Assembly (NCBI GenBank): GCA_040752415.1 | Contig: JBFMGU010000079.1 | Span: 1 to 39,783, forward strand | Reading direction: 5' to 3' | DNA from: Myxococcota bacterium | GTDB taxonomy: Bacteria > Myxococcota > JACRCW01 | DNA: 39,783 nucleotides | In this document: positions 25,748 through 34,953 of the stretch, piece by piece | Position numbering within the stretch: the first letter of the stretch is position 1 | Layout: the number at the start of each line of letters is the position of its first letter | Translations under genes and position numbers: made by a program | Notes under the pieces: model-generated | Seen by the model: only the letters and a program-made list of their open reading frames with translations | Databases searched by the model: none | What the model was told of the DNA's origin: nothing

Positions 25748-27112
25748 TCACGCGGGCGTGAGGATCGCGGCCCGGATGACGTCGTCGAGCTGGGGACCGT
25801 CCACCAGGGCTTCCAGGCGTGGCGTGCCCATGACCCGCTGGAGGATGGCCTCCTGGCGCGCGCCCTGCTCGGCAATGCGCTCGTACGGCAGGTCCGTGAA
25901 CGTCAGCAGGTTGAACACCGGCGTGAAGCGGTCCGGGAAGAGCCGGTGGATGCGCTGTTCCACCTTCTTCTGCAGCAGGAAACGCGGATTGCGGGCGCGC
26001 ACGCTGAGCTCCTGGAAGTGCTGCTCGCTCAGCTCGGTGACGGCGTCACACGCGGGCTTGCGACGGGACTGCCAGGCGGCCAGCGCGGCGGCCCAGTTGT
26101 CGTCGCACGCGGCCAGGCACTGGTCCAGCACGTGGCAATCCTCGAATCCCGCGTTCATGCCCTGGCCCAAGAAGGGCACCATGCCGTGCGCCGCGTCGCC
26201 CATCAGCGCCACGCGTCCGTCGTGGACCCAGGGGTGGCAGCGCATGGACCCCAGCATGAGCACCGGCCGGCTGAAGAACTCCACCACCGCGTCCGGCATC
26301 AGCGCCAGGAGGTCCGGACAGCTGCGACGCATCAGGTCCAGGAACGCCTGCGGCGTGTCCAGCGCGCTGAAGGACACCTCACCCAGGAAGGGCAACATGA
26401 GCCCGCAGGTGAAGCTGCCTCCCATGTTGGGGAACGCCAGCATCAGCGCCTCACCCCGGGGCCAGATGTGCACCGCGTTGCCGGCCAGCGGGGTCACGCC
26501 CGGGCGCGGCCGGTTGGGCACGGTGAGCTCCTTGTAGAGACACGGCGAGTGATGCTGGAAGTACTGCGTCCCCGCCAGGGCCAGGAACGCGCGCCGCACC
26601 ACCGACGAGGCGCCATCCGTGGCCAGCACGCGCGCGCTCTGCACCTGCACCGGGCCGGTGGCGTCGTGGTGGGTGAAGGTCAGCGAGCCGCGGTCCAGGT
26701 CCACGTGGGTGCAGCGGTGGTTGAAACGGAAGTGGATGCGCGGGTCCTCCTCCGCCACGGTGAGCAGCGCGTGGTGCAGGTGGATGCGCTGCACGCAGTA
26801 GATGGTCTCTCCGTTGTCCCCGTAGGGCTGGAAGCCCACCTTGCCGTCCTCGAGGTGGATGTACCGGCCGGTCTGGCGCACGCAGACGCGCTCCACCGCG
26901 GTGTGCGCGCCCACGGCCTGCAGCGCGTTCCAGCCCCGTCGGGCAATGGTGAGGTTGATGGAGTTGGCGGAGGGCGGTGCCACCTTGCGCGGGTCGGGGC
27001 GGCCTTCATAGACCGTGACGTCGTAACCGCGGCGCGCCAGGAACATGGCTGCCAGCGTGCCCACCAGGCCCGCCCCCACCACGGTCACCTCGCCACGACG
27101 CGCCTCCATCAC
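25748..27112 (-). CDS. FAD-dependent monooxygenase, kynurenine 3-monooxygenase-like, about 454 aa
   Basis: VVGAGLVG, SINL, GRYIH...QPYG, TDGASS, YKEL, HIWPRG, GDAAHGMVPFLGQGMNAGFEDC; start (27109 or 27112) overlaps the kinase stop. Confidence 0.85.
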   Translation of the reverse strand: MMEARRGEVTVVGAGLVGTLAAMFLARRGYDVTVYEGRPDPRKVAPPSANSINLTIARRGWNALQAVGAHTAVERVCVRQTGRYIHLEDGKVGFQPYGDNGETIYCVQRIHLHHALLTVAEEDPRIHFRFNHRCTHVDLDRGSLTFTHHDATGPVQVQSARVLATDGASSVVRRAFLALAGTQYFQHHSPCLYKELTVPNRPRPGVTPLAGNAVHIWPRGEALMLAFPNMGGSFTCGLMLPFLGEVSFSALDTPQAFLDLMRRSCPDLLALMPDAVVEFFSRPVLMLGSMRCHPWVHDGRVALMGDAAHGMVPFLGQGMNAGFEDCHVLDQCLAACDDNWAAALAAWQSRRKPACDAVTELSEQHFQELSVRARNPRFLLQKKVEQRIHRLFPDRFTPVFNLLTFTDLPYERIAEQGARQEAILQRVMGTPRLEALVDGPQLDDVIRAAILTPA

Positions 27113-29128
27113 CCACGCCCCGCCAGACGCGCCACGGCCACCGCCAGCTCGGAGGGCTCAATGGGCTTGGGCAGGTGCACCTGGAATCCGGCCTCCAGCG
27201 CCCTGGCCCGGTCCTCCGCGCGTGCAAACGCGGTCAACGCCAACGCCGGCACCGCCGCCAGCTTGCGGTCCTCCAGCGCGCGCACCCTGCGGATGAGCGC
27301 AAACCCGTCCTGGGCGGGCATGGCCACGTCGGAGATGAGCACGTCGGGGGCAAAGCCGCGCACGGCCGCCAGCCCCTCCTCCACCGAGGCCACCGCCTGC
27401 GTCTCCGCGCCAAAGCTGCGCAGCGCAAAGGCCACCATGTCGCGCGCGTCCGCCTCGTCGTCCACCACCAGCACGCGCAGCCCGGCGAGGGAGGGGACCT
27501 CGCTGGGCAGGGGCGGACCTTCGCGCTGGGTGCGTTCCGACTCGGCGGCCAGGTCCAGCGCCGCCACGCGCAGCGGCAGCGTGATGGTGAAGACGGAGCC
27601 CTTGCCCAGCCCCTCGCTTGCCGCCGTGACCGTGCCGCCGTGCAGCTCCGCCAGGTAGCGGACGATGGCCAGGCCCAGCCCCAGCCCGCCGTGGCTGCGC
27701 GTGGTGGAGCCCTCCGCCTGGCGGAACCGCTCGAACACGTGGGGCAGGAAGTCCGGGGAGATGCCAATGCCGTTGTCGGTGACCCGGATGACGCCGTGAC
27801 GTCCCTGGAAGCCCAGCGACACCTCCACCGTGCCGCCTTCCGGCGTGAACTTGATGGCGTTGGCCAGGATGTTCCACACCACCTGCTGCAGGCGGTCCGC
27901 GTCGCCCACCACCGGGCCGGCCTGCTCCGCGTAGTCCACCTTGAGGGTGATGTTCTTGGCCGCGGCGGCGGGCCGCACCACGTCGACGGAAGCGGCCACC
28001 ACGTCGCGCAGCATCACCGGGCCCAGGCGCAGGCGCACCTTGCCGGTGATCACGCGGGAGATCTCCAGGATGTCCTCGATGAGTCGGGCCTGCAGCCGCG
28101 CATTGCGCTCAATGGTCTCCACGGCGGCTTCCCGGTTGGAGTCATCCAGCTTGCCAATGCGCAGCAGGCGGGCCCAGCCCAGGATGGACGTCAGCGGCGT
28201 GCGCAGCTCATGGCTCAGGGTGGCCAGGAACTCGTCCTTGGTGCGATTGGCGGCCTCGGCCTCCTCGCGCGCGCTCTTCTCGGCGTGCAGCAGGCGCTCG
28301 CGCTCCTCGGCGGCGCGGAGGCGGTCGGTCATGTCGCGGAAGAACCAGACGCGCCCGTAGTTAGACGCCGTCGGGACCCACCACCGGCGCGCTGTAGCGG
28401 TCAAAGGCGCGGCCGTCCTTGAGGTGCACCACGTCAAAGCTGGTCTCGTCCTTGTGCTCGTAGAGGTATTTCACCTTGCCCAGGAACTGCTCGGGGTCAC
28501 GCACCTGGCTGATCACCCACTTGAGCGCGGCGGCCTCATCCCGGCTCTCGACGATCTCCCTGGGCTGGCGCCACATCTCCAGGAAGCGCCGGTTGAAGGA
28601 GTTCCACTTCTGCCCGTTGAGGGAGACCAGCATCCCGTCGATGGAGGCCTCGGTCTGGGCGGCCAGCAGCACCTTGTGGAACTGGATCTCCTCCTCGGTC
28701 TTGATGCGCTGGGTGATGTCGGTGAGGGTGAGCACCACGCCGGTCACGCGCTCACCGGTGCGCAGCGGCTGGCAGCGCAGCTCCGCGTGGAACTCGGTCC
28801 CGTCGGCACGCCACAGCCGCTCCTTGGCCACGTGCGCCACGCGACCGTCCCGCAGCGCCTCCAGCACGCTCCGCCCCACCTGCTCCGGCTGGGGCGCGTT
28901 GTGCGCGTGCAGCATGACGCCCAGCGGTTTCCCGACCAGCTCCGTGGGCTCCGTGTATCCCAGCATGCGTGCGCAGGCCCGGTTGGCCAGCGTGCAGCGC
29001 GCCTCCAGGTCCAACGCGCACGCGCCCTCCTGCATGCACTCCAGCAACGCCTGCAGCGTGGCGCTGATCTCCCCCGCGTTGCCCGCCGTGCTGCGGGTTG
29101 ACGTCGTGACTGCCATCGCCTCGTTCAT
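27109..29128 (-). pseudogene. Hybrid sensor kinase PAS-PAS-HisKA-HATPase-REC interrupted by a single extra base near 28361-28363 (pseudogene or sequencing error)
   Basis: Upstream frame ends DRYSAPVVGPDGV-stop; the next frame continues YGRVWFFRDMT, then FLATLSHELRTPL, NAIKFT, GLGLGL and REC VLVVDD...LISDVAMP...KP. The span is 2020 nt (3n+1). GGAGG RBS before ATG 29128. Confidence 0.88.
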
Positions 29129-29347
29129 CCGCCTCCCCCGATCCGCCCACGGCGTGGAGCTCGCGTTTTCCGGCAGCATACGCGCGGAGGTGGCGCCACC
29201 AAGCGTTTGGCGTCGACGTGTCCTACTCCGACGATGGACGGAGGGGAGAACGTGGGCACGCATGCGTGCGCACACCGGGAATGCCTGTGGGATGGACTTC
29301 GCGCGGTTTAGACCAGATTCAGCGAGGAGAGACCGTCGTGCTTTGAT

Positions 29348-29405
29348 GTGGTGGTTGTCGTTGTCGTCGTCGGCGTCGGGCGGCGTCGGGCGGCGTCGGG
29401 CGGCG
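29348..29405. repeat. Short tandem repeat (CGGCGTCGGG x3.5) preceded by GTG/GTT/GTC trinucleotide runs
   Basis: 29371-29400 is three exact copies of cggcgtcggg, followed by cggcg. Confidence 0.8.
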
Positions 29406-29483
29406 GCTCAAGCCCAATGCCGCCCGCGCCCCACAACGGGAACGGGATGGGACCCCTTCGGAAGCGATACCCGTGCGCCTGCG

Positions 29484-29654
29484 TCACTGTTGTCGTCGGG
29501 CGCGGTACATCTGGTAGGCGCCCCAACCCGCCATGGCCACGCCCGCCACCAGCAGCGCCTCCGACGAGTGCGTGCCGATCAAGACCATCCGTCCACTGGC
29601 GCCCCCGACGATGAACACCACGCCCAGGACGAGATTCCAGACGCCCGCACCCAT
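29484..29654 (-). CDS. Small two-TM membrane protein, 56 aa (below the ORF-track cutoff)
   Basis: My translation: MGAGVWNLVLGVVFIVGGASGRMVLIGTHSSEALLVAGVAMAGWGAYQMYRARRQQ; AAGGGAG RBS; GC3-rich codons; basic C-terminus. Confidence 0.75.
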   Translation of the reverse strand: MGAGVWNLVLGVVFIVGGASGRMVLIGTHSSEALLVAGVAMAGWGAYQMYRARRQQ

Positions 29655-29712
29655 GGTCCGCTCCCTTCGTGACGGGGGCCACCATAACAGGTCGCCGCAC
29701 GGCGCGGAGGGA

Positions 29713-30177
29713 TCAGATGAGGCCGGCCACCCAGCCCATGACGTCGAGCGCGGAGACCATGCCCACCACGCGCCCCTCGGGGGAGACCACCGGGATGCCG
29801 TGCACGTGCTGCAGCGCCATGAGCTCCGCGGCCTGCGCCACCGTGGCGGACTCCCGCAGCCGCAGCGTGGAGCGCATCATGACCTGGGAGACGCGCGCGC
29901 CCTTCTTGATGGGCTGGTGGCGCAGCAGGTCGGTGCGGGAGAGCATGCCGGCCAGGGTGCCCTCCTCGTTGACCACCGGGACGCGGCTCAGCTCCTTGTC
30001 CAGCATGAGGCGCTGCGCCTCCTCCACGCGCTGGTCCTCCCGCACCGTGACCACCTCCCGGCTCATGAGCTGGACCACGGGGGTGTGCGCGGCGTCGTCG
30101 ACGGTGCGACGGGGACGCGGGAGGCCGCCAGCCCCGGCCCTGCCAAGCTCTCCACCAAGCTCCGGTTGCATGTCCAT
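29713..30177 (-). CDS. CBS-pair domain protein, 154 aa
   Basis: VVQLMSREVVTV, RVPVVNEEGTLAGMLSRTD, VSQVMM, GIPVVSPEGRVVGMVSALD; GAGGAGG RBS. Confidence 0.92.
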   Translation of the reverse strand: MDMQPELGGELGRAGAGGLPRPRRTVDDAAHTPVVQLMSREVVTVREDQRVEEAQRLMLDKELSRVPVVNEEGTLAGMLSRTDLLRHQPIKKGARVSQVMMRSTLRLRESATVAQAAELMALQHVHGIPVVSPEGRVVGMVSALDVMGWVAGLI

Positions 30178-30369
30178 GGTGCCTCCTCAGGTGACGACGG
30201 CGCAGCGGCGCCACCGGAGGATGTAGCAACGTGCGGGAAGGCGCCCCGGTCCCATGTCCACGACGGAGCCCACTGGGTTCGACCCCGGGTCGGGCGGGCG
30301 GCGGATCACGACTCCAACGCGGGCGTTGGCGCTTGCGCCGGGGTCCCTTCCACGTTAACCGCCCCGCCC

Positions 30370-32223
30370 ATGGCCGACGGATGCGTGGTGGTTCAGAGCG
30401 ACAGGACGCTCCTGGTGGAGGTGGACCACCCGGACTATCCCGCCGCGCGTGATGCGCTGGGGCGCTTCGCGGAGATGGTGAAGAGCCCGGAGCACGTGCA
30501 CACCTACCGCATCACCCCGCTCTCGCTGTGGAACGCCGCCACCGCCGGCTGGAGCGCGGAGAAGGTCCTGGACGCGCTCCGTCGCCACAGCCGCTACGAG
30601 GTCCCCTCCAACGTCGTCACCGACGTCACCGAGTACATCGGCCGGTACGGCCGGCTCACGCTGCTGCCCCTGGACGGGCACAGCGCGGTGCTGGAGGTGG
30701 ACACGGAGCGCTTCGCCAGCCGGCTGCAGAAGGACAAGAGCCTGGAGCGCATGCTCGGCGACCCGCTGGACGCGCGGCACTTCAAGGTGGACCTGGGCAA
30801 CCGCGGCGCGCTCAAGCTGGCCCTGGTGCACCTGGGTTATCCCGTCGTGGACAAGGCGGGGTTCACGCCCGGCAACCCCGTGGCGGTGAACCTGCGCGAG
30901 GTGACGCAGGGCGGCGCCAACTTCGAGCTGCGCCCGTACCAGAAGGCCGCGCTGGGCTCCTTCATGGCCGGCGCCGACGGGGGCGGGGCCGGTGTGGTGG
31001 TCCTGCCGTGCGGCGCGGGCAAGACCGTGGTGGCGCTGGCCGCCATGGCGGAGCTCAAGACCGAGACGCTGGTCCTCACCACCAGCGCCACCGCCGTCCA
31101 CCAGTGGATGACGGAAATCAAGGACAAGCTCGACGTCAACGAGGACATGGTCGTCGAGTACACCGGCCGCAAGAAGAACGTGGGGCCCATCACCGTGGCC
31201 ACCTACAGCGTGCTCACCACGCGCAAGGGTGAGTCCTTCCCGCACTTCCAGGCGCTCTCCAGCCGCGGCTTTGGCCTCATCATCTACGACGAGGTGCACC
31301 TGTTGCCCGCGCCGGTGTTCCGCATCACCGCGGAGATCCAGAGCCGGCGGCGCCTGGGCCTGACCGCCACGTTGGTGCGTGAGGACGGCCGCGAGGGCCA
31401 CGTGTTCGGCCTCATTGGCCCCAAGCGCTTTGATGCGCCGTGGCGCGAGATCGAGGCGCAGGGCTTCATTGCCCAGGCCATCTGCACCGAGGTGCGCGTG
31501 CCCATGGCTCCGTCGTGGCGGGAGCCGTACGAGATTGCCGGCAAGCGCGGCCAGCACCGCGTGGCGGCGGAGAACCCGGTCAAGCGCGCCGTGGCCAGGG
31601 AGCTGTGTGAGGCGCACGCCGAGGACCACATCCTGATCATCGGCCAGTACCTGCACGGGCTGAAGGAGGTGGCGCGCGACGTGGGCGCCCCGGTCATCAC
31701 CGGCCAGACCCCCGAGCCCGAGCGCGAGCGCCTGTACAACGCGTTCAAGCGCGGGGAGATCCGCGTGCTCGCCGCCAGCAAGGTGGCCAACTTCGCCATC
31801 GACCTGCCCGACGCGAATGTGCTGATCCAGCTCAGCGGCGCGTTTGGCAGCCGGCAGGAGGAGGCGCAGCGGCTCGGTCGCATCCTGCGTCCCAAGGCCG
31901 GGCCCGCGCGCTTCTACACGCTGGTCTCCCGCGACACCGTGGAGATGGAGCTGGGCATGCACCGCCAGCTGTTCCTCGTCGAGCAGGGGTACAAGTACGC
32001 CATCGAGGACTGGGCGCCGCCCGAGGGCACTCCGCTCCCGGATGCTCCGCCCCCGCCCATTGCGCTGGGCCTGCCCGCCCCGGATGACGACGAGGAGGAA
32101 GAGCTGCGCGACCCGATTGCGGAGAAGGTGGCGGAGCGCGAGCGGCAGAAGCAGGAAGCAGCGGCCAAGGAACCGGAGCGCAAGGACGCGGTGATCATTC
32201 CCTTCCCCGTGGCGCGGCGGTAG
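30370..32223 (+). CDS. xpb: XPB/Ssl2/ERCC3-like SF2 DNA repair helicase, 617 aa
   Basis: VQSDRTLLVEVDHP, KSPEHVHTYRITPLSLWNA, LRPYQ, Walker A LPCGAGKT, DEVH, LGLTATLVRED (RED motif), SRQEEAQRLGRILRPK. Confidence 0.93.
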   Translation: MADGCVVVQSDRTLLVEVDHPDYPAARDALGRFAEMVKSPEHVHTYRITPLSLWNAATAGWSAEKVLDALRRHSRYEVPSNVVTDVTEYIGRYGRLTLLPLDGHSAVLEVDTERFASRLQKDKSLERMLGDPLDARHFKVDLGNRGALKLALVHLGYPVVDKAGFTPGNPVAVNLREVTQGGANFELRPYQKAALGSFMAGADGGGAGVVVLPCGAGKTVVALAAMAELKTETLVLTTSATAVHQWMTEIKDKLDVNEDMVVEYTGRKKNVGPITVATYSVLTTRKGESFPHFQALSSRGFGLIIYDEVHLLPAPVFRITAEIQSRRRLGLTATLVREDGREGHVFGLIGPKRFDAPWREIEAQGFIAQAICTEVRVPMAPSWREPYEIAGKRGQHRVAAENPVKRAVARELCEAHAEDHILIIGQYLHGLKEVARDVGAPVITGQTPEPERERLYNAFKRGEIRVLAASKVANFAIDLPDANVLIQLSGAFGSRQEEAQRLGRILRPKAGPARFYTLVSRDTVEMELGMHRQLFLVEQGYKYAIEDWAPPEGTPLPDAPPPPIALGLPAPDDDEEEELRDPIAEKVAERERQKQEAAAKEPERKDAVIIPFPVARR

Positions 32224-32243
32224 GGCGGCATGGAGAGGTGAGG

Positions 32244-34364
32244 ATGGCGCGCAGCAAGTCGACACCGGCCCCGCAGGCGATGGCGTGGCGCACGGACGTG
32301 CCCTGGCAGCAGGACCGCGAGCCGTTGATGTCCGTCATCACCGACGCGGAAGTGCCCGGTCTCGTCGAGCGACTGCGCGCGCTGGGCATCAAGGCGCCCG
32401 ACCCGCGCAAGAAGGGCCTGGAGCCGGCGCTGCTCACCGAGGAGACGCTGCAGCAGCTCATGAACCCGCAAGCGGGCGCCGTCTCGCTGGCGGTGGCGCT
32501 GGTGGCGCAGCACCCGGTGGGCATGGACAAGGACCACCTGCTCTTCGAGCTGGCGCTGCTCCTCGACGAGGATCGACGCACCGCGGAGCTGGCGGTCAAC
32601 GCGCTGGCGGGCCACGGCGCCATCATCACGCGCAAGGAACGCCGCGCGGACCGCTACCGCGTGCTCCCCTTCCTGCGTCCCGCGCTGGCGGTGCTGGGTG
32701 CCTCGTGGTTGGACGCGCTGGAACGTCGTGGCGGGGCAACGGGAGCCGGGGACAGCCTGGCGTTGCGCTTCCACGTCAACCCCGCGCACGCGTTGTCGCT
32801 GATGCTGGCGGTGGTGGGGCACCTGAGCCCACGGGTGAAGAGCGCCACGGCCAGCACGGAGCTGCACGCCAAGGACCTGGCGCGGGTGCAGGACCTGCTG
32901 CGCGCGGTGGTGGAGCCGGGCGCAGTGGCGTCGTTGATTGCGCTGCTGGTGCGCGCGCGGCTGCTGCGGCCCACCGGCACGCGCCTGGTCCTGCCGGTGG
33001 ATGTGCCCGCGCAGCTGGGCAACCCGGCCTACCTGTGGCGTGAGCTGTTGTTGCAGGCGGTGCCCGGCCGCGCCTTCCCCGCGCTGCTGCGCCTGATGCG
33101 CGCCGCGCCGCCCGGGTTCGTGCCCGAGGCCACGCTGCGTCGCACGCTGAAGAGCCTGCGCCACACCGAGCAGATTGCCGGCGGCCACCCCTTCCCCACC
33201 GACGGGCGCGGCAACGAAGCGGGCGCGCGTGCGGAGCTGGAGGCGCTGCGCAACCTGCCGCTCATCGACGTGGGCCGGACGCCGGAAGGCGCCTCCGCCA
33301 TGCGCCTGCATCCCGACGTGACGCGCGCACTGCATGGCAACGCCGCCAACGCGAGCGGGCCGCAGGGACTGGGTCACGTGGGCGCCGACCACGAGCTGCA
33401 CGTGCCACCCGACGCACCACCCGACGCGGTGGCCATGCTGGGCCTGTTCTGTCAGCCCGTGGCCATTGATCGGGTGAGCCGGTTCACCATCACGCCGGAG
33501 ACGGTGTCGGCGGCGGCGAGTCGCGGGGTGCTGCCGCAGCAGATGGAGCAGGCGCTGAATGCCATTGCCTCCCGCGGGGTGCCGGAGAACGTGCGTCGCA
33601 CCCTGGCCGACTACGGCGCGCCGCGCGGGCGGGCGGTGTTCGGTCGGGGGCTGGTGGTGTCCTTCAGTCGCGAGGAGGACGCGCGCAAGGCGGTGGATGA
33701 CCCGCTGCTGTCCGCGCTGCTCGGTGATGAGCTGGCTCCCACGGTGTTCCTCGTCGACGGTTCGCGCGAGCGCGCGCTGCGGGAGCGCATGACCGAGCTG
33801 GGCCTGGCCGTGCCCGACGACACGCTGGCCTTCACCGCGCCCCCGCGCCCGCACACCGAGGAGGATGACGAGGTGGACGCGGAGCTGGCGTTTGGCGCGC
33901 GCCTCAGCGCCGCCAAGGAAGCCGCGCGCGCCCGCGCCCTGGACGAGGCCCGCGACCTTCCCACCGACGAGGACGTGCCGCAGGTCCGGGCCACGGTCTT
34001 GAGCGCGCTGACGGGGGACCAGGGTCTGGCGCGTCGTCCCACGTCGGCCGCGGGCGGGAGCGAGGTGCAGCCGCTGCGTCCGCGCAAGGGCGTCATGGAC
34101 ACCACCGCGCGCACCTCCGACGTGTCCGCCGCCACGCTCCTGGCGCGCGCCCACCGCGACCGGACGCAGCTCCGCCTGCGCTACACGCCGGAGACGGGTG
34201 GCGGGATGGAGACCATGACGGTGGAGGTGGTGGAGATGTTCGAGCGCGCGGGCGCGGCCATGGTGCGCGTGCGCTTCCCGCTCAACACCAAGGCTCCCGA
34301 GCGCGTGCTGCGCGTGAACCGCGTGGCCATGGTGGAGCCCGCCGCGCGCGAGGAGACCGGCTGA
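32244..34364 (+). CDS. Helicase-associated-domain protein with possible C-terminal WYL-like domain, 706 aa
   Basis: RFTITPETVSAAASRG...GVPENVRRTLADY resembles the XPB N-terminal segment (YRITPLSLWNA...EVPSNV); C-terminal LRLRY...RVLRVNRV is WYL-like; begins 20 nt after xpb. Confidence 0.75.
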   Translation: MARSKSTPAPQAMAWRTDVPWQQDREPLMSVITDAEVPGLVERLRALGIKAPDPRKKGLEPALLTEETLQQLMNPQAGAVSLAVALVAQHPVGMDKDHLLFELALLLDEDRRTAELAVNALAGHGAIITRKERRADRYRVLPFLRPALAVLGASWLDALERRGGATGAGDSLALRFHVNPAHALSLMLAVVGHLSPRVKSATASTELHAKDLARVQDLLRAVVEPGAVASLIALLVRARLLRPTGTRLVLPVDVPAQLGNPAYLWRELLLQAVPGRAFPALLRLMRAAPPGFVPEATLRRTLKSLRHTEQIAGGHPFPTDGRGNEAGARAELEALRNLPLIDVGRTPEGASAMRLHPDVTRALHGNAANASGPQGLGHVGADHELHVPPDAPPDAVAMLGLFCQPVAIDRVSRFTITPETVSAAASRGVLPQQMEQALNAIASRGVPENVRRTLADYGAPRGRAVFGRGLVVSFSREEDARKAVDDPLLSALLGDELAPTVFLVDGSRERALRERMTELGLAVPDDTLAFTAPPRPHTEEDDEVDAELAFGARLSAAKEAARARALDEARDLPTDEDVPQVRATVLSALTGDQGLARRPTSAAGGSEVQPLRPRKGVMDTTARTSDVSAATLLARAHRDRTQLRLRYTPETGGGMETMTVEVVEMFERAGAAMVRVRFPLNTKAPERVLRVNRVAMVEPAAREETG

Positions 34365-34442
34365 CCTCGTCGTCAGCGCGGACGCATCCTGCCGTTCCCG
34401 TCGCTGCCAGCTACGTTGCCGTGAGGGGACGTGGAGGCGGTG

Positions 34443-34934
34443 ATGCGTGCGTTCAGGCTCGCGGTGATGGCGGTGCTGCTGGCAGCCGGAGTCCCCGCGG
34501 CCGCGCAGCAGGCGTCCCCGACGACACCACCGACGGACGCCGCGCGTCGCCCCTCCCCGGTTCTCGAGGGTGGCAACCCGGGCAGCTACGTCTCGGCCAC
34601 GTCGTTCGACCTCCTGCCCACCGCGGGCGGCGTCGAGCAGCCGGTGGTGTTCCCGGGACGCCCCTGGACCCGGCCCAAGACGCGCGCGCTGGTGGAGCAG
34701 GTGGTGCTGGCCGCGTTGACCCCCACGCTGGCCACCGGCGCGGCCGTGGCGGCGACGGTGGGCGGTCTCCTGTGGCTGGTGCCACTGCGCACCGAGGCCG
34801 CGGATACCCTCCGCGACAGCGCGATGCTCATGACTTTGGCGGGGGTGGCTCCCGGGCTGGCGCTGATGGCGGTGGCCAGCGCCGCGGTGGCGACATTCTC
34901 CGCCGTCACGCACGCGCAGGAGTTCGTGGAATGA
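34443..34934 (+). CDS. Hypothetical exported/membrane protein, 163 aa
   Basis: GGAGG RBS; signal peptide ending AAA-QQ, Pro-rich linker, two C-terminal hydrophobic helices. Confidence 0.65.
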   Translation: MRAFRLAVMAVLLAAGVPAAAQQASPTTPPTDAARRPSPVLEGGNPGSYVSATSFDLLPTAGGVEQPVVFPGRPWTRPKTRALVEQVVLAALTPTLATGAAVAATVGGLLWLVPLRTEAADTLRDSAMLMTLAGVAPGLALMAVASAAVATFSAVTHAQEFVE

Positions 34935-34953
34935 GCACCGGTCAGCAGCTCCG

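Noticed and set aside
27109..28437. Treating 27109-28437 and 28361-29275 as two independent genes
   Set aside because: The break falls inside one PAS domain and removal of one base restores a continuous protein.
29371..29405. Tandem repeat considered as a CRISPR array
   Set aside because: 10-nt units with no spacers, and no cas genes in the window.
29308..29700. 130-aa minus-strand ORF spanning the repeat
   Set aside because: Low-complexity translation that overlaps the better-supported 56-aa gene in another frame.
29533..30369. Long N-terminal extensions in the ORF track (xpb from 29533, GH from 4828, MCP from 21566, V4R-B from 1304, lipoprotein from 10615)
   Set aside because: They overlap other genuine genes; the downstream starts have an RBS, a stop/start overlap or a family-typical N-terminus.
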